DNA of 64,000 bases from an uncultured Gemmatimonadales bacterium. GTDB lineage: Bacteria; Gemmatimonadota; Gemmatimonadetes; Gemmatimonadales; GWC2-71-9. Positions 36,283 to 44,803 of this stretch are shown piece after piece. The notes under the pieces were generated by a model. It saw only the letters and a list, made by a program, of their open reading frames with translations. It was not told where the DNA came from and did not search any database. The position numbers and the translations under genes are program-made. Each line of letters opens with the position of its first letter. Position 1 is the stretch's first letter. The stretch spans positions 2,301,666 to 2,365,665 of the forward strand of contig CAVZZO010000001.1 in assembly GCA_963779755.1 (NCBI GenBank), in the 5' to 3' direction.

Positions 36283-37004
36283 CCACCATGCGGCTCCAGC
36301 GGGCCCTGGCTCGCGCCGGGGTCGCGTCGCGCCGGGCGGCGGAGAAACTGATCGCCGAGGGGCGCGTACGGGTGGACGGCAAGGTGGCCACCCTCGGCAG
36401 CTCGGTCGACCCGGAGCGGCAGGCCATCACCGTTGGGCGCAAGCGCATTCATCTGGTGCCCCGGCGCTGGCTGGCGTTTCACAAGCCGCTGGGCGTCGTC
36501 ACCAGCGCCAGTGACGAGGCGGGCCGGCGCACCGTCTTCGACTTCCTGCCCGACGCGAAGGGCCTGACCTACGTGGGGCGGCTGGATGTCATGACCACCG
36601 GGCTGCTCCTGCTCACCACCGATGGCGAGGCGGTGCACCGTCTGACCCATCCCCGCTACCGCATCGCCCGCCGCTACACCGCGCTGGTGCACGGGCGCGA
36701 GACGGGCGAGATCGCGGGCCTGATGCGGCAACCCGTGGTGCTCGACGGCCGCCCGGTGCGCTCGACCCGTGTGCAGGTGCGCCCGGGGCGCGAGGGGCGG
36801 AGCATTCTCGACATTACACTCACCGAAGGACGCAACCGCGTGGTGCGCCGCTGGTGCGAGAGCCTGGGCCTCAAGGTGGACCGGTTGGCCCGGCTCTCCT
36901 ATGGTCCCGTGCGTCTGGGTGATCTGGCCGCCGGCGAGTGGCGGCCGCTGACCGACCCGGAAATTGCCGCGCTCTACCGGGCCATCGGCATGGACGAGGA
37001 GTAA
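36279..37004 (+). CDS. rluB: RsuA/RluB-family pseudouridine synthase
   Basis: S4 domain RLQRALA.AG.ASRR.AE..I, VGRLD catalytic motif, EGRNR; synteny with scpAB. Confidence 0.88.
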   Translation: MTTMRLQRALARAGVASRRAAEKLIAEGRVRVDGKVATLGSSVDPERQAITVGRKRIHLVPRRWLAFHKPLGVVTSASDEAGRRTVFDFLPDAKGLTYVGRLDVMTTGLLLLTTDGEAVHRLTHPRYRIARRYTALVHGRETGEIAGLMRQPVVLDGRPVRSTRVQVRPGREGRSILDITLTEGRNRVVRRWCESLGLKVDRLARLSYGPVRLGDLAAGEWRPLTDPEIAALYRAIGMDEE

Positions 37005-37019
37005 CGGGCGTCCCCCGTT

Positions 37020-37071
37020 CCTGATCCCTGATCCCTGATTCCCGATTCCTGATTCCTGATTCCTGATTCCC
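37020..37071. repeat. Heptamer tandem, family B, single arm (CCTGATY)x7
   Basis: CCTGATC CCTGATC CCTGATT CCCGATT CCTGATT CCTGATT CCTGATT just before the moxR ATG. Confidence 0.9.
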
Positions 37072-37076
37072 ATCTC

Positions 37077-38060
37077 ATGACCTCTCCCGGCAGCACCCAG
37101 ACCGCGCCTCCCGAATCCGCGCTTATCCGCCAGGCGGTCGAGGAAGTGGCCCGCCGCATCGTCGGCCAGGACGCGATGATCGAGCGGCTGCTGATCGGGC
37201 TGCTCACCGGCGGCCACATCCTGCTGGAGGGCGTGCCCGGCCTGGCCAAGACGCTGGCGGTGCGCACCCTCTCGGAGATCATTAACGCCAGCTTCGCCCG
37301 GATCCAGTTCACCCCCGACCTCCTGCCGGCCGACCTCATCGGCACCATGATCTTCGACCAGAAGACGCAGGATTTCCGGGTCAAGAAAGGGCCGATCTTC
37401 GCCCAGATCATTCTGGCCGACGAGGTAAACCGGGCGCCGGCCAAGGTGCAGGCGGCGCTGTTGGAGGCGATGCAGGAGAAGCAGGTCACCATCGGCGGCC
37501 AGAGCTACCCGCTGGAGCAACCCTTCCTGGTGCTGGCCACCCAGAACCCGATCGAGAGCGAGGGCACCTATCCGTTGCCGGAGGCGCAGCTCGACCGGTT
37601 CATGCTCAAGGTGCGAGTGGATTACCCCAGCCGCGACGAAGAACGCGAGGTGCTGGTGCGCATGGGCGGCGGCGCGAACATTCCGGTGCGGCACGTGCTC
37701 CAGCCGGGGGCGATTCTGGCCGCGCAGGAGAGCGTCGCGCAGCTCTACATGGACCAGAAGATCGGCGACTACATCGTGGACCTGGTACGCGGCACCCGCG
37801 ACCCGGCGGCCGTCGGGCTGGCGGAGCTGAAGCCGCTGGTGGCCTTTGGCGCCTCCCCCCGCGCCTCCCTGGCGCTGGCCCAGGCCGCGCGCGCCCATGC
37901 CTTCATTCGCGGCCGGGGCTATGTGGTGCCGGAGGACGTGCGCGCCCTGGCGCCCGACGTGCTGCGCCACCGCATCGTGCTCACCTTCGAGGCCGAGGCA
38001 GAGGATGTGAATACCGACGGAGTGGTGAAACGGCTGCTGGAGGCGGTGCGCGCTCCCTGA
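37077..38060 (+). CDS. moxR: MoxR family AAA+ ATPase
   Basis: GVPGLAKT, RIQFTPDLLPAD, LADEVNRAPAKVQAALLEAM, ATQNPIE, LPEAQLDRF, GASPRAS. Confidence 0.96.
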   Translation: MTSPGSTQTAPPESALIRQAVEEVARRIVGQDAMIERLLIGLLTGGHILLEGVPGLAKTLAVRTLSEIINASFARIQFTPDLLPADLIGTMIFDQKTQDFRVKKGPIFAQIILADEVNRAPAKVQAALLEAMQEKQVTIGGQSYPLEQPFLVLATQNPIESEGTYPLPEAQLDRFMLKVRVDYPSRDEEREVLVRMGGGANIPVRHVLQPGAILAAQESVAQLYMDQKIGDYIVDLVRGTRDPAAVGLAELKPLVAFGASPRASLALAQAARAHAFIRGRGYVVPEDVRALAPDVLRHRIVLTFEAEAEDVNTDGVVKRLLEAVRAP

Positions 38061-38062
38061 TC

Positions 38063-38112
38063 CTGAGCGGTAAGCGGCAAGCGGGCCGTCCCGCTCACCG
38101 CTCACGGCTTAG
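38063..38112. repeat. Short heptamer hairpin, family A
   Basis: TGAGCGGTAAGCGGCAAGCGGG..CCCGCTCACCGCTCACGGCTTA. Confidence 0.8.
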
Positions 38113-38129
38113 CGCTAACTTTGTGTACT

Positions 38130-39017
38130 ATGCCCGCCATCTCTCCCGAAATCCTCAAACAGGTCAAGCGCATCGAGCTGCGGACCCGCGGCCTGGTGGC
38201 GTCGCTCTTCGCGGGCGAGTACCGGTCGGTGTTCCGGGGGCAGGGCATGGAGTTCGCCGAGGTCCGCGCCTACGAGCAGGGCGACGATTTCCGCTCCATC
38301 GACTGGAACGTCTCCGCCCGGCTGGCCAGTCCCTACGTCAAGACCTTCACCGAGGAGCGGGAGCTCACGCTCCTGCTGGTGGTGGACCAGTCAGGCTCCA
38401 CCCGCTTCGGCGAGCCGGTAACCAAGGCCGCCCTCGCGGTGGAGGTGGCGGCGGTGCTGGCGCTGGCGGCCACCCGGCAGAACGACCGCGTGGGCGCCCT
38501 GCTCTTCGCCGACGAAGTCGAGCGCGTCATCCCGCCGGCCAAGGGGCGCAAGCATGCGCTGCGCGTGATCCGCGATCTGGTGGCCTTCACCCCGGCCGGC
38601 CGGCGCACCAACCTGGCGGCCAGCCTGTCCTACGCCGCCCGGCTGCTCCGCCACCGCAGCATCGTGGTGGTGCTCTCCGATTTCTTCGCCCAGGGCTGGG
38701 AATCGCCCCTGCGGCGGCTCAGCGCCCGCCACGAGGTAGTGGCCATTACGGTGGACGATCCGCGCGAGGAGCGGCTGCCGCCCTCCGGCTGGATCGAGCT
38801 GGATGATGCCGAGACCGAACGCCGGGTCATGATCAACGCGGGCGACCCGGCCGTCCGCTCGCGGGTGGCCCACTCCGCCGAACGCCGTCGCAGTGAACGG
38901 CACCGCCTGCTTTCGGCTGCCGGCGTGGATCACGTGGCGCTGGCCACCAACCGGGAATACGCGGCTCCGCTGCATCGTGCGTTCGCCATGCGCGCCCGCC
39001 GCATCCGCCGCGCGTGA
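38130..39017 (+). CDS. DUF58 (VWA-like) protein
   Basis: GEYRSVFRGQGMEFAEVRAY..GDD.R.IDWNVSAR, EERE, DRVG, SDF. Confidence 0.95.
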   Translation: MPAISPEILKQVKRIELRTRGLVASLFAGEYRSVFRGQGMEFAEVRAYEQGDDFRSIDWNVSARLASPYVKTFTEERELTLLLVVDQSGSTRFGEPVTKAALAVEVAAVLALAATRQNDRVGALLFADEVERVIPPAKGRKHALRVIRDLVAFTPAGRRTNLAASLSYAARLLRHRSIVVVLSDFFAQGWESPLRRLSARHEVVAITVDDPREERLPPSGWIELDDAETERRVMINAGDPAVRSRVAHSAERRRSERHRLLSAAGVDHVALATNREYAAPLHRAFAMRARRIRRA

Positions 39018-39835
39018 AGCTCCTGGTCCTCTGGCTCCTGCTGCAGCAGGGCGTGCCCACGGTGGGCGACACGGTCTGGCTGGCCCGGACGGTCCCTCTT
39101 CACCCCGGCGATCTGGTGCGCGCCCCGCAATGGCAGCCGGACGACCCCGTCGAGGTGCTGGGGCACGCGCGGCTGCGCTACTGGGGGGCGGATTCCGCGG
39201 AGGTGGCCTGGCCCGTCTCGGTCTGGCGCCCCGGTTCCCACCGGATCACCGTACCGGGGCCGATCGTAGTCTCCCCCCAGGGAGCGGAAGACAGCCTGGC
39301 CGCCACGACCTTCACGGTCACCGTCGCCAGCGTGCTGCCGCCCCACCGGCCCGACTCCACGCTGGCCCCGCAGCCGCCGGCCCGGACGGTGGTGCAGCCC
39401 TATCGGACGCCGGTCCCGCTCATTCTGCTGCTGCTGGGTGGGATCGTCCTGGTGGCGCCGCTGCACTGGTGGTGGCGCCGGCGGGGGCGCGCCGTTGCGG
39501 GGGAGCGGCCCGCGCCGGCGCCGGCCCCGGATCCGGAGGAGCTGGCGCGCTGGGTGGAGAACGGTGAGCGGCGCGCGGCGGCCACCGTGGCGGCCGCGCG
39601 GCTCCGCGGCGCGCTCATCGGGCGGCTGGCCGGTGCGCGAGCCGGGATGAATACGGCCGGGTTACTGGAAGCGGTAGCGGGGGCGCCGGAGGGCTGGTCG
39701 CGGGAGGCGCTGGCGCAGGTACTGCGCGCCCTGGACCGGGCCCGGTTCGATCCCGATGCCCGCGCGGCGGATATCCAGGCGCTGCTGCGTGAGAGCGAGC
39801 GGCTCCGGACCGAGGTCCTGGAGCAGGCGCCATGA
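39014..39835 (+). CDS. Membrane protein of the Bat locus
   Basis: Signal-like start, TVGD beta domain, single TM with WWWRRR stop-transfer; position between DUF58 and batA. Confidence 0.75.
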   Translation: MKLLVLWLLLQQGVPTVGDTVWLARTVPLHPGDLVRAPQWQPDDPVEVLGHARLRYWGADSAEVAWPVSVWRPGSHRITVPGPIVVSPQGAEDSLAATTFTVTVASVLPPHRPDSTLAPQPPARTVVQPYRTPVPLILLLLGGIVLVAPLHWWWRRRGRAVAGERPAPAPAPDPEELARWVENGERRAAATVAAARLRGALIGRLAGARAGMNTAGLLEAVAGAPEGWSREALAQVLRALDRARFDPDARAADIQALLRESERLRTEVLEQAP

Positions 39836-40806
39836 GCTTCGCCCGCCCCTGGCTCCTGCTCCTGCTGCTGGCGATCCCGTTCTGGTGGTGGCGACGCCGG
39901 CGCCGGCGGCAGGCGGGCGCCGCATATAGCGACGTCTCGCTGCTGGCGCCGGCGGTGGGACGCACCTGGCTGCTCGCGGTGCCGCCGGTCCTGCGCGGGC
40001 TGGCGCTGGCCACCTGGATCGTAGCGGCGGCCGGCCCCCGTACCGGCGGGACGACCGTGGAGCAGCGCAAGGAGGGAATCGCCATCGTGGTGGCGATCGA
40101 CATCTCCAGCAGCATGCTGGCGGAGGATTTCGCGCCCTCGAACCGGCTGGAGGTTGCCAAGGAAGATGCCGTCGCGTTTATTCGCGGCCGCTCGGCCGAC
40201 CGAATCGGTGTCGTCACCTTCGCCGGGGAGGCCATCACCCAGGTTCCGCTCACCGTGGATTACCCGGTGGTGGAACAGGCGGTGATGGATCTCAAGGTCG
40301 GCATGCTGGACGACGGCACCGCCATCGGCAGCGGCCTGGCCACGGCGCTGAACCGGTTGCGGCGGGTGCCGAACAAGTCGAAGGTGGTGCTGCTGCTGAC
40401 CGACGGCGAAAACAACCGCGGCACCATCGATCCGCGCACCGCGGCGGAGGCCGCTGCCGCGCTCGGCGTGCGGGTCTATACCATCGGCGTGGGCACCGAG
40501 GGCGAGGCGCCGATCCCCACCGGGCGGGGGGTCACCGGCTATCGCTACGAGGTGCTGCCGGTCCGGATCGACGAGGCCCTCCTGCAGGAGATCGCCCAGA
40601 AGACCGGTGGCCGCTACTTCCGGGCACGCGACAGCGAGGCCCTGGCGCGCATCTTCAAACAGATCGACCAGCTGGAAAAGACTCCCATCCAGGTCGTCCG
40701 CTTCGTGCGCTACAATGAACAGGTGCGGCCCTTCGTGCTGGCGGGCCTGCTGCTGCTGGTCGCCGAGCTGATCGTATCCGGCGTCTGGGTGGTGCGCGTG
40801 CCATGA
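39832..40806 (+). CDS. batA: BatA-like VWA protein
   Basis: F..PW.L.LL start, DISSSM MIDAS, DRIG...FAG, GTAIGSGL, LLTDGENN, TGGRYFRA. Confidence 0.92.
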   Translation: MSFARPWLLLLLLAIPFWWWRRRRRRQAGAAYSDVSLLAPAVGRTWLLAVPPVLRGLALATWIVAAAGPRTGGTTVEQRKEGIAIVVAIDISSSMLAEDFAPSNRLEVAKEDAVAFIRGRSADRIGVVTFAGEAITQVPLTVDYPVVEQAVMDLKVGMLDDGTAIGSGLATALNRLRRVPNKSKVVLLLTDGENNRGTIDPRTAAEAAAALGVRVYTIGVGTEGEAPIPTGRGVTGYRYEVLPVRIDEALLQEIAQKTGGRYFRARDSEALARIFKQIDQLEKTPIQVVRFVRYNEQVRPFVLAGLLLLVAELIVSGVWVVRVP

Positions 40807-42425
40807 CCTTCGATTCCCGTGTGCTGCTGATCCTCGCCCCGGTGGTGGCGCTGGCGCTGGGGCTGCTTGCCTGGCGGGCCCGGTACAGCCGGCTGCGCCG
40901 GGCGCGGGTCTGGTCGCGCGCGGCGGGCCAGCGAGCGCGGAGCTACGGCCGCGCGGCGCCGGTGGTGCTGGCCCTGGCGGGGCTGGCCGCCGGCCTGGCG
41001 CTGGCCGGCCCCCGCGGGGGCCGGGCCGAGGTCATCACCGAGAACCGCTCGCTGAACCTGGTCTTCGCCATGGACATCAGCCGCTCCATGCTGGCGGAGG
41101 ACGCCGCGCCCAACCGGCTGGGCCGTGCGTCGCAGGAGGCGCGGCGGCTGGCGCAGGATCTCCCGGGCGACCGCCTGGGCGTCCTGGCCTTCGCCGGGCG
41201 CAGCTATATCCTCTCGCCCCTGACGGTGGACCAGGGCGCGGTCCAGCTCTACCTCTCGAGCCTCGATCCCGACCTCGCCAGCGAGGGCGGGACCAGCCTG
41301 GGATCGGCGTTGCGCCAGGCGCGCGGGCTCCTGAGCGCCTCCGACCAGGGGGGTGACAAGATCCTGGTGATCTTCACCGACGGCGAGACGCTCGATTCCG
41401 TCGCCTTCGCCGAACAGGAAGCGCGGGCCCTGAACCAGGCGGGCATCCGCCTGGTCCTGGTGGCCGAGGGTGGCCCGCGCCCGGTCCGCATCCCGGTGCG
41501 CGATTCGGCCGGCACCCTGCTGGAGTACAAGCTCGATCCCTCCACCGGCCAGCCGGTGGAGACGCGCCGGCGCGACGATATCCTGCAGCGGGTGGCGGAG
41601 GCGGCTGACGGTGTAGTCGTGTCGGCCGACCTGCCCGATCAGGCCGGCGCCGTGCGCGACCTCGTGGCCGCATTCAAGCGCAGCCCCTCCACCTCGAGCC
41701 ACACCGCCGATCTGTTGCCCCTGGCCTGGATACCCGCGCTGGTAGCGGCAATCATCCTCCTGCTGCAGACCCTGACCCGGCGCCAGGCGGCGCTGATCGC
41801 GCTGGGAGGATTGCTCCTCGGTACCGGGGCGGGACGGGCCGCGGCGCAACGGCCGGCGCCCGGCAACCAGGCCCTGGCGGCGGGCAACGCCAAGAACGCC
41901 GCGCAGCTCTTCCTGAAAGACGTGCCGCGCGCCGGCGACACGGCCTGGTACAATGCCGGCACCGCCGCCCTCGCGGCAGGCGATCTCGACGTGGCGCGCC
42001 GCGCCCTGACGCAGGCCGCGAAGTCGGTGGATCCGGCGTTACGGTACCGGGCGCTGTACAACCAGGGGGTGGCCGCCCTCCAGGCGGCGCGCGCGGCGCC
42101 GCCCAAGCAGCGGGACGCGCTCTACCAGGAGGCCACCCAGGCGCTGCGCCAGGCATTGCTGCTCCAGCCGGCCAGCGACCGGGCCAAATGGAATCTGGAG
42201 CTGGCCCAACGGAGCCAGCCGCCGCCACCACCTCAGAGCGGCGGCACGCCGCCGCCCAACGGTGGGGGAGGCGGGCAGCAGGAGGAGCCCCCGCCGCCGC
42301 AGGGTGGCCTCAGCCGCAAGCAGGCGGAGCAGATTCTCAACTCGGTGGAACGGGAGGAGGCCGCCACCCGGGCGCGCCACATGAAGAGCGGCGAATCGGG
42401 CTCCAGCGGAGTGCGCGACTGGTGA
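40803..42425 (+). CDS. BatB-like VWA domain fused to BatC-like TPR region
   Basis: DISRSM..D..PNRL, FTDGE, then WYNAG, ALYNQG, AKWNLELA, LSRKQAEQIL, RDW end. Confidence 0.88.
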   Translation: MTFDSRVLLILAPVVALALGLLAWRARYSRLRRARVWSRAAGQRARSYGRAAPVVLALAGLAAGLALAGPRGGRAEVITENRSLNLVFAMDISRSMLAEDAAPNRLGRASQEARRLAQDLPGDRLGVLAFAGRSYILSPLTVDQGAVQLYLSSLDPDLASEGGTSLGSALRQARGLLSASDQGGDKILVIFTDGETLDSVAFAEQEARALNQAGIRLVLVAEGGPRPVRIPVRDSAGTLLEYKLDPSTGQPVETRRRDDILQRVAEAADGVVVSADLPDQAGAVRDLVAAFKRSPSTSSHTADLLPLAWIPALVAAIILLLQTLTRRQAALIALGGLLLGTGAGRAAAQRPAPGNQALAAGNAKNAAQLFLKDVPRAGDTAWYNAGTAALAAGDLDVARRALTQAAKSVDPALRYRALYNQGVAALQAARAAPPKQRDALYQEATQALRQALLLQPASDRAKWNLELAQRSQPPPPPQSGGTPPPNGGGGGQQEEPPPPQGGLSRKQAEQILNSVEREEAATRARHMKSGESGSSGVRDW

Positions 42426-44794
42426 TCGGCTTCCTGGCCGCCGCCCTGCTGCTGCAGGTGCGCCCGCTCGGGGTGCACATGCAGGTGGACCGTTCCCGGG
42501 TCAATCTGGGCGAGGAAGTGCTGCTCACCATCGAGGCCACCAGCAGCCAGACGGATCCGATCCAGCTGCAGCTGCCCGCGCTGGGAGGCCTGGAACTGCT
42601 CTCCCGCTCCGAGCGCACCGAGGTGGCCCCGCGGGCCAACCCCGCGCGCCGGACCACCTGGGAGCTGCGGCTGCGCGCTTCCACCGTGGGCCGCTGGCGC
42701 ATCGGGCCGGCCCGGGTGCGCCAGGCCGGGAACAGCGCGGAGGCCGATCCGGTAAATGTCGAGGTGCGGGGCAGCGCCGCCCCGGCCAGCACGCCGCCCG
42801 AGCTCAACCCGCGGCTGCAGCGGCTGCTGGCCCGCGCGCCCCCGCCGCCCGGGCGCGACGAGGCCGCGGTGGCCATCGTCGCATCGGCCGATAGCGTCTA
42901 TGTCGGCGAACAGGTGGATCTGGTAACCGCCGCGTGGTTCCCGCGCGAGCTGCGACTGCAGCTGCGCCGACCTCCCACGCTGCAGGTGCCGACGGTCGAC
43001 GGGGTATGGAGCTATCCCCAGCATACGCCCACCGGCATTGCCGCCAGCCGGCAGGTGGACGGCCGGTGGTTCGACCTGTTCGTCGTGCACCAGATCGTCT
43101 TCCCGCTGACGGCCGGGGATATCACCATCAGCCCGGCGACCCTGCATTACAGCGTTCCGCTGGCCTTCCAGTTCTTCAGCCAGGAGGAGCGGTATACCCT
43201 GAAGAGCCGGCCGCGCACCCTGCACGTGCGCGCGCTGCCCGCCCGGGGCCAGCCGGCCTCCTTCGGCGGCGCGGTGGCGACCCGGCTCACCCTGCGGCGA
43301 GACATCACCCCGCGCGCCGTCCAGGCGGGCGAGCCGTTCACCGTCACCTTCACGGTGCAGGGCGAGGGGAATCTGGCGCTCTGGCCCGCGCCCGATCTGG
43401 CGTGGCCCGCCGGGGTGCGAGCCTATCCCCGGGGAACCGACGATTCCGTCACCCTCTCGCACGGGATGCTCGGGGGCACCCGGCGGTTCAGCTATCTGGT
43501 CCTGTCGGATTCCGGCGGCTCCATGCCCCTGCCGGCGGTGGACTATTCCTACTTCGATCCCGCGCAGGCGCGCTACGGCACCGCCAGGCTCTCCGGCGTG
43601 TCCTACGCGGTCGCTCCCGCCGGCAGCGGCACGCCTGCCCGTGCCATGCCACCGCCGCTGCTCCCTGGCGAGCGGCCGGCAGTGGCATGGGGGATCACCC
43701 ACTCCGTTCCGGCCTGGCTGCTGGTTCCGCTCGTTCTGCTGCCACTGCTGCTCTTGATGCCGCGCCGGCGCGTCGAGGCGCCGAGCCGGCCCGGCCCGCC
43801 GCCGGTGGCGCCCGGACAGCTGCCGGCACTGCTCCGCCGGCTCGATCACTCTCTCGACTCTCTGACCGGAGGGCGCGGCGCTCTGGAGGGGGAGGACCTG
43901 CATGCCGCCCTGACGGCGTCGGGGGTGGCGCCGGAGGTTGCGCGGCGGATGGCGGCGGCCCGGGAGGCTGGACGCCAGGCGCTCTTCGGCCCGGACGAGC
44001 GAGCCGATGACGCGCAGGTGAGCACCGAGCTGAGTGCACTGCTGCACCAGCTGGAGCACCGCGACCGGCCGCGGACGGCCGCCCCGCGCGCGGGGCTGGT
44101 GGCCGGGATGCTGCTCGCGCTGCTGCTTCCGGCCGCGTGGTCGCAGTCGCAGCCGGGAGCGGAGCAGCTTTACGCCTCGGGCGCGCTGCAGGCGGCGGCC
44201 GGCGAATTCGCCGCGCAGGCCGCGCGGGAGCCGGGGGTCGCGGCGCACTGGTACAACCTGGGGGCCACCCAATATCGTCTGGGCCGTTCCGGCCTCGCGC
44301 TGGCCGACTGGGTGCGGGCCCGGCGGCTCGCGCCGCGCGACCCGACCATCCGGCGCGCGCTCCGGCTGCTGCCCTATCCCGATGCCGCCACCTCGCGAGA
44401 GCTGTGGGTGCCGCCGGTCACGCCCTGGGAGCTGGCTCTGGCCGCGGTGGGGCTCTGGCTGGCCGGCTGGGCCGGCTGGTTTCTGCACCGCCGGCGCCGC
44501 CACCGGTGGCATCTGGTGCAGGCTGCGGCCGTGGTGCTGGGACTTGCCGCCTTCGGGCTGGCCCGCTGGTACCAGCGCCCGGTGGGCATCGTCGCGGGGG
44601 AGGAGACCCTCCGGCTCTCGCCCCACGAGCTGGCGCCCTCCGTAACCCGGCTCACGACGGCGCAGGCGGTGCTGCTGCGGGAGCGCCGGCCCGGCTGGCG
44701 TCTGGTGCGGGTGCCCCAGGGGCCGCTCGGCTGGCTGCCGGACGAGGCGGTCGTTCCGCTCGCGGCGGGGCCGGCCGCCGGCGGCCGCGATTAG
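42422..44794 (+). CDS. BatD-like protein fused to BatE-like TPR/SH3 region
   Basis: VDRSRV.LGE, VYVGEQ, GEGNL, YFDP; C-terminal HWYNLG..RARRLAPRDP and SH3-like W..V....GWLP. Confidence 0.85.
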   Translation: MIGFLAAALLLQVRPLGVHMQVDRSRVNLGEEVLLTIEATSSQTDPIQLQLPALGGLELLSRSERTEVAPRANPARRTTWELRLRASTVGRWRIGPARVRQAGNSAEADPVNVEVRGSAAPASTPPELNPRLQRLLARAPPPPGRDEAAVAIVASADSVYVGEQVDLVTAAWFPRELRLQLRRPPTLQVPTVDGVWSYPQHTPTGIAASRQVDGRWFDLFVVHQIVFPLTAGDITISPATLHYSVPLAFQFFSQEERYTLKSRPRTLHVRALPARGQPASFGGAVATRLTLRRDITPRAVQAGEPFTVTFTVQGEGNLALWPAPDLAWPAGVRAYPRGTDDSVTLSHGMLGGTRRFSYLVLSDSGGSMPLPAVDYSYFDPAQARYGTARLSGVSYAVAPAGSGTPARAMPPPLLPGERPAVAWGITHSVPAWLLVPLVLLPLLLLMPRRRVEAPSRPGPPPVAPGQLPALLRRLDHSLDSLTGGRGALEGEDLHAALTASGVAPEVARRMAAAREAGRQALFGPDERADDAQVSTELSALLHQLEHRDRPRTAAPRAGLVAGMLLALLLPAAWSQSQPGAEQLYASGALQAAAGEFAAQAAREPGVAAHWYNLGATQYRLGRSGLALADWVRARRLAPRDPTIRRALRLLPYPDAATSRELWVPPVTPWELALAAVGLWLAGWAGWFLHRRRRHRWHLVQAAAVVLGLAAFGLARWYQRPVGIVAGEETLRLSPHELAPSVTRLTTAQAVLLRERRPGWRLVRVPQGPLGWLPDEAVVPLAAGPAAGGRD

Positions 44795-44803
44795 TTTTCG
44801 GCC

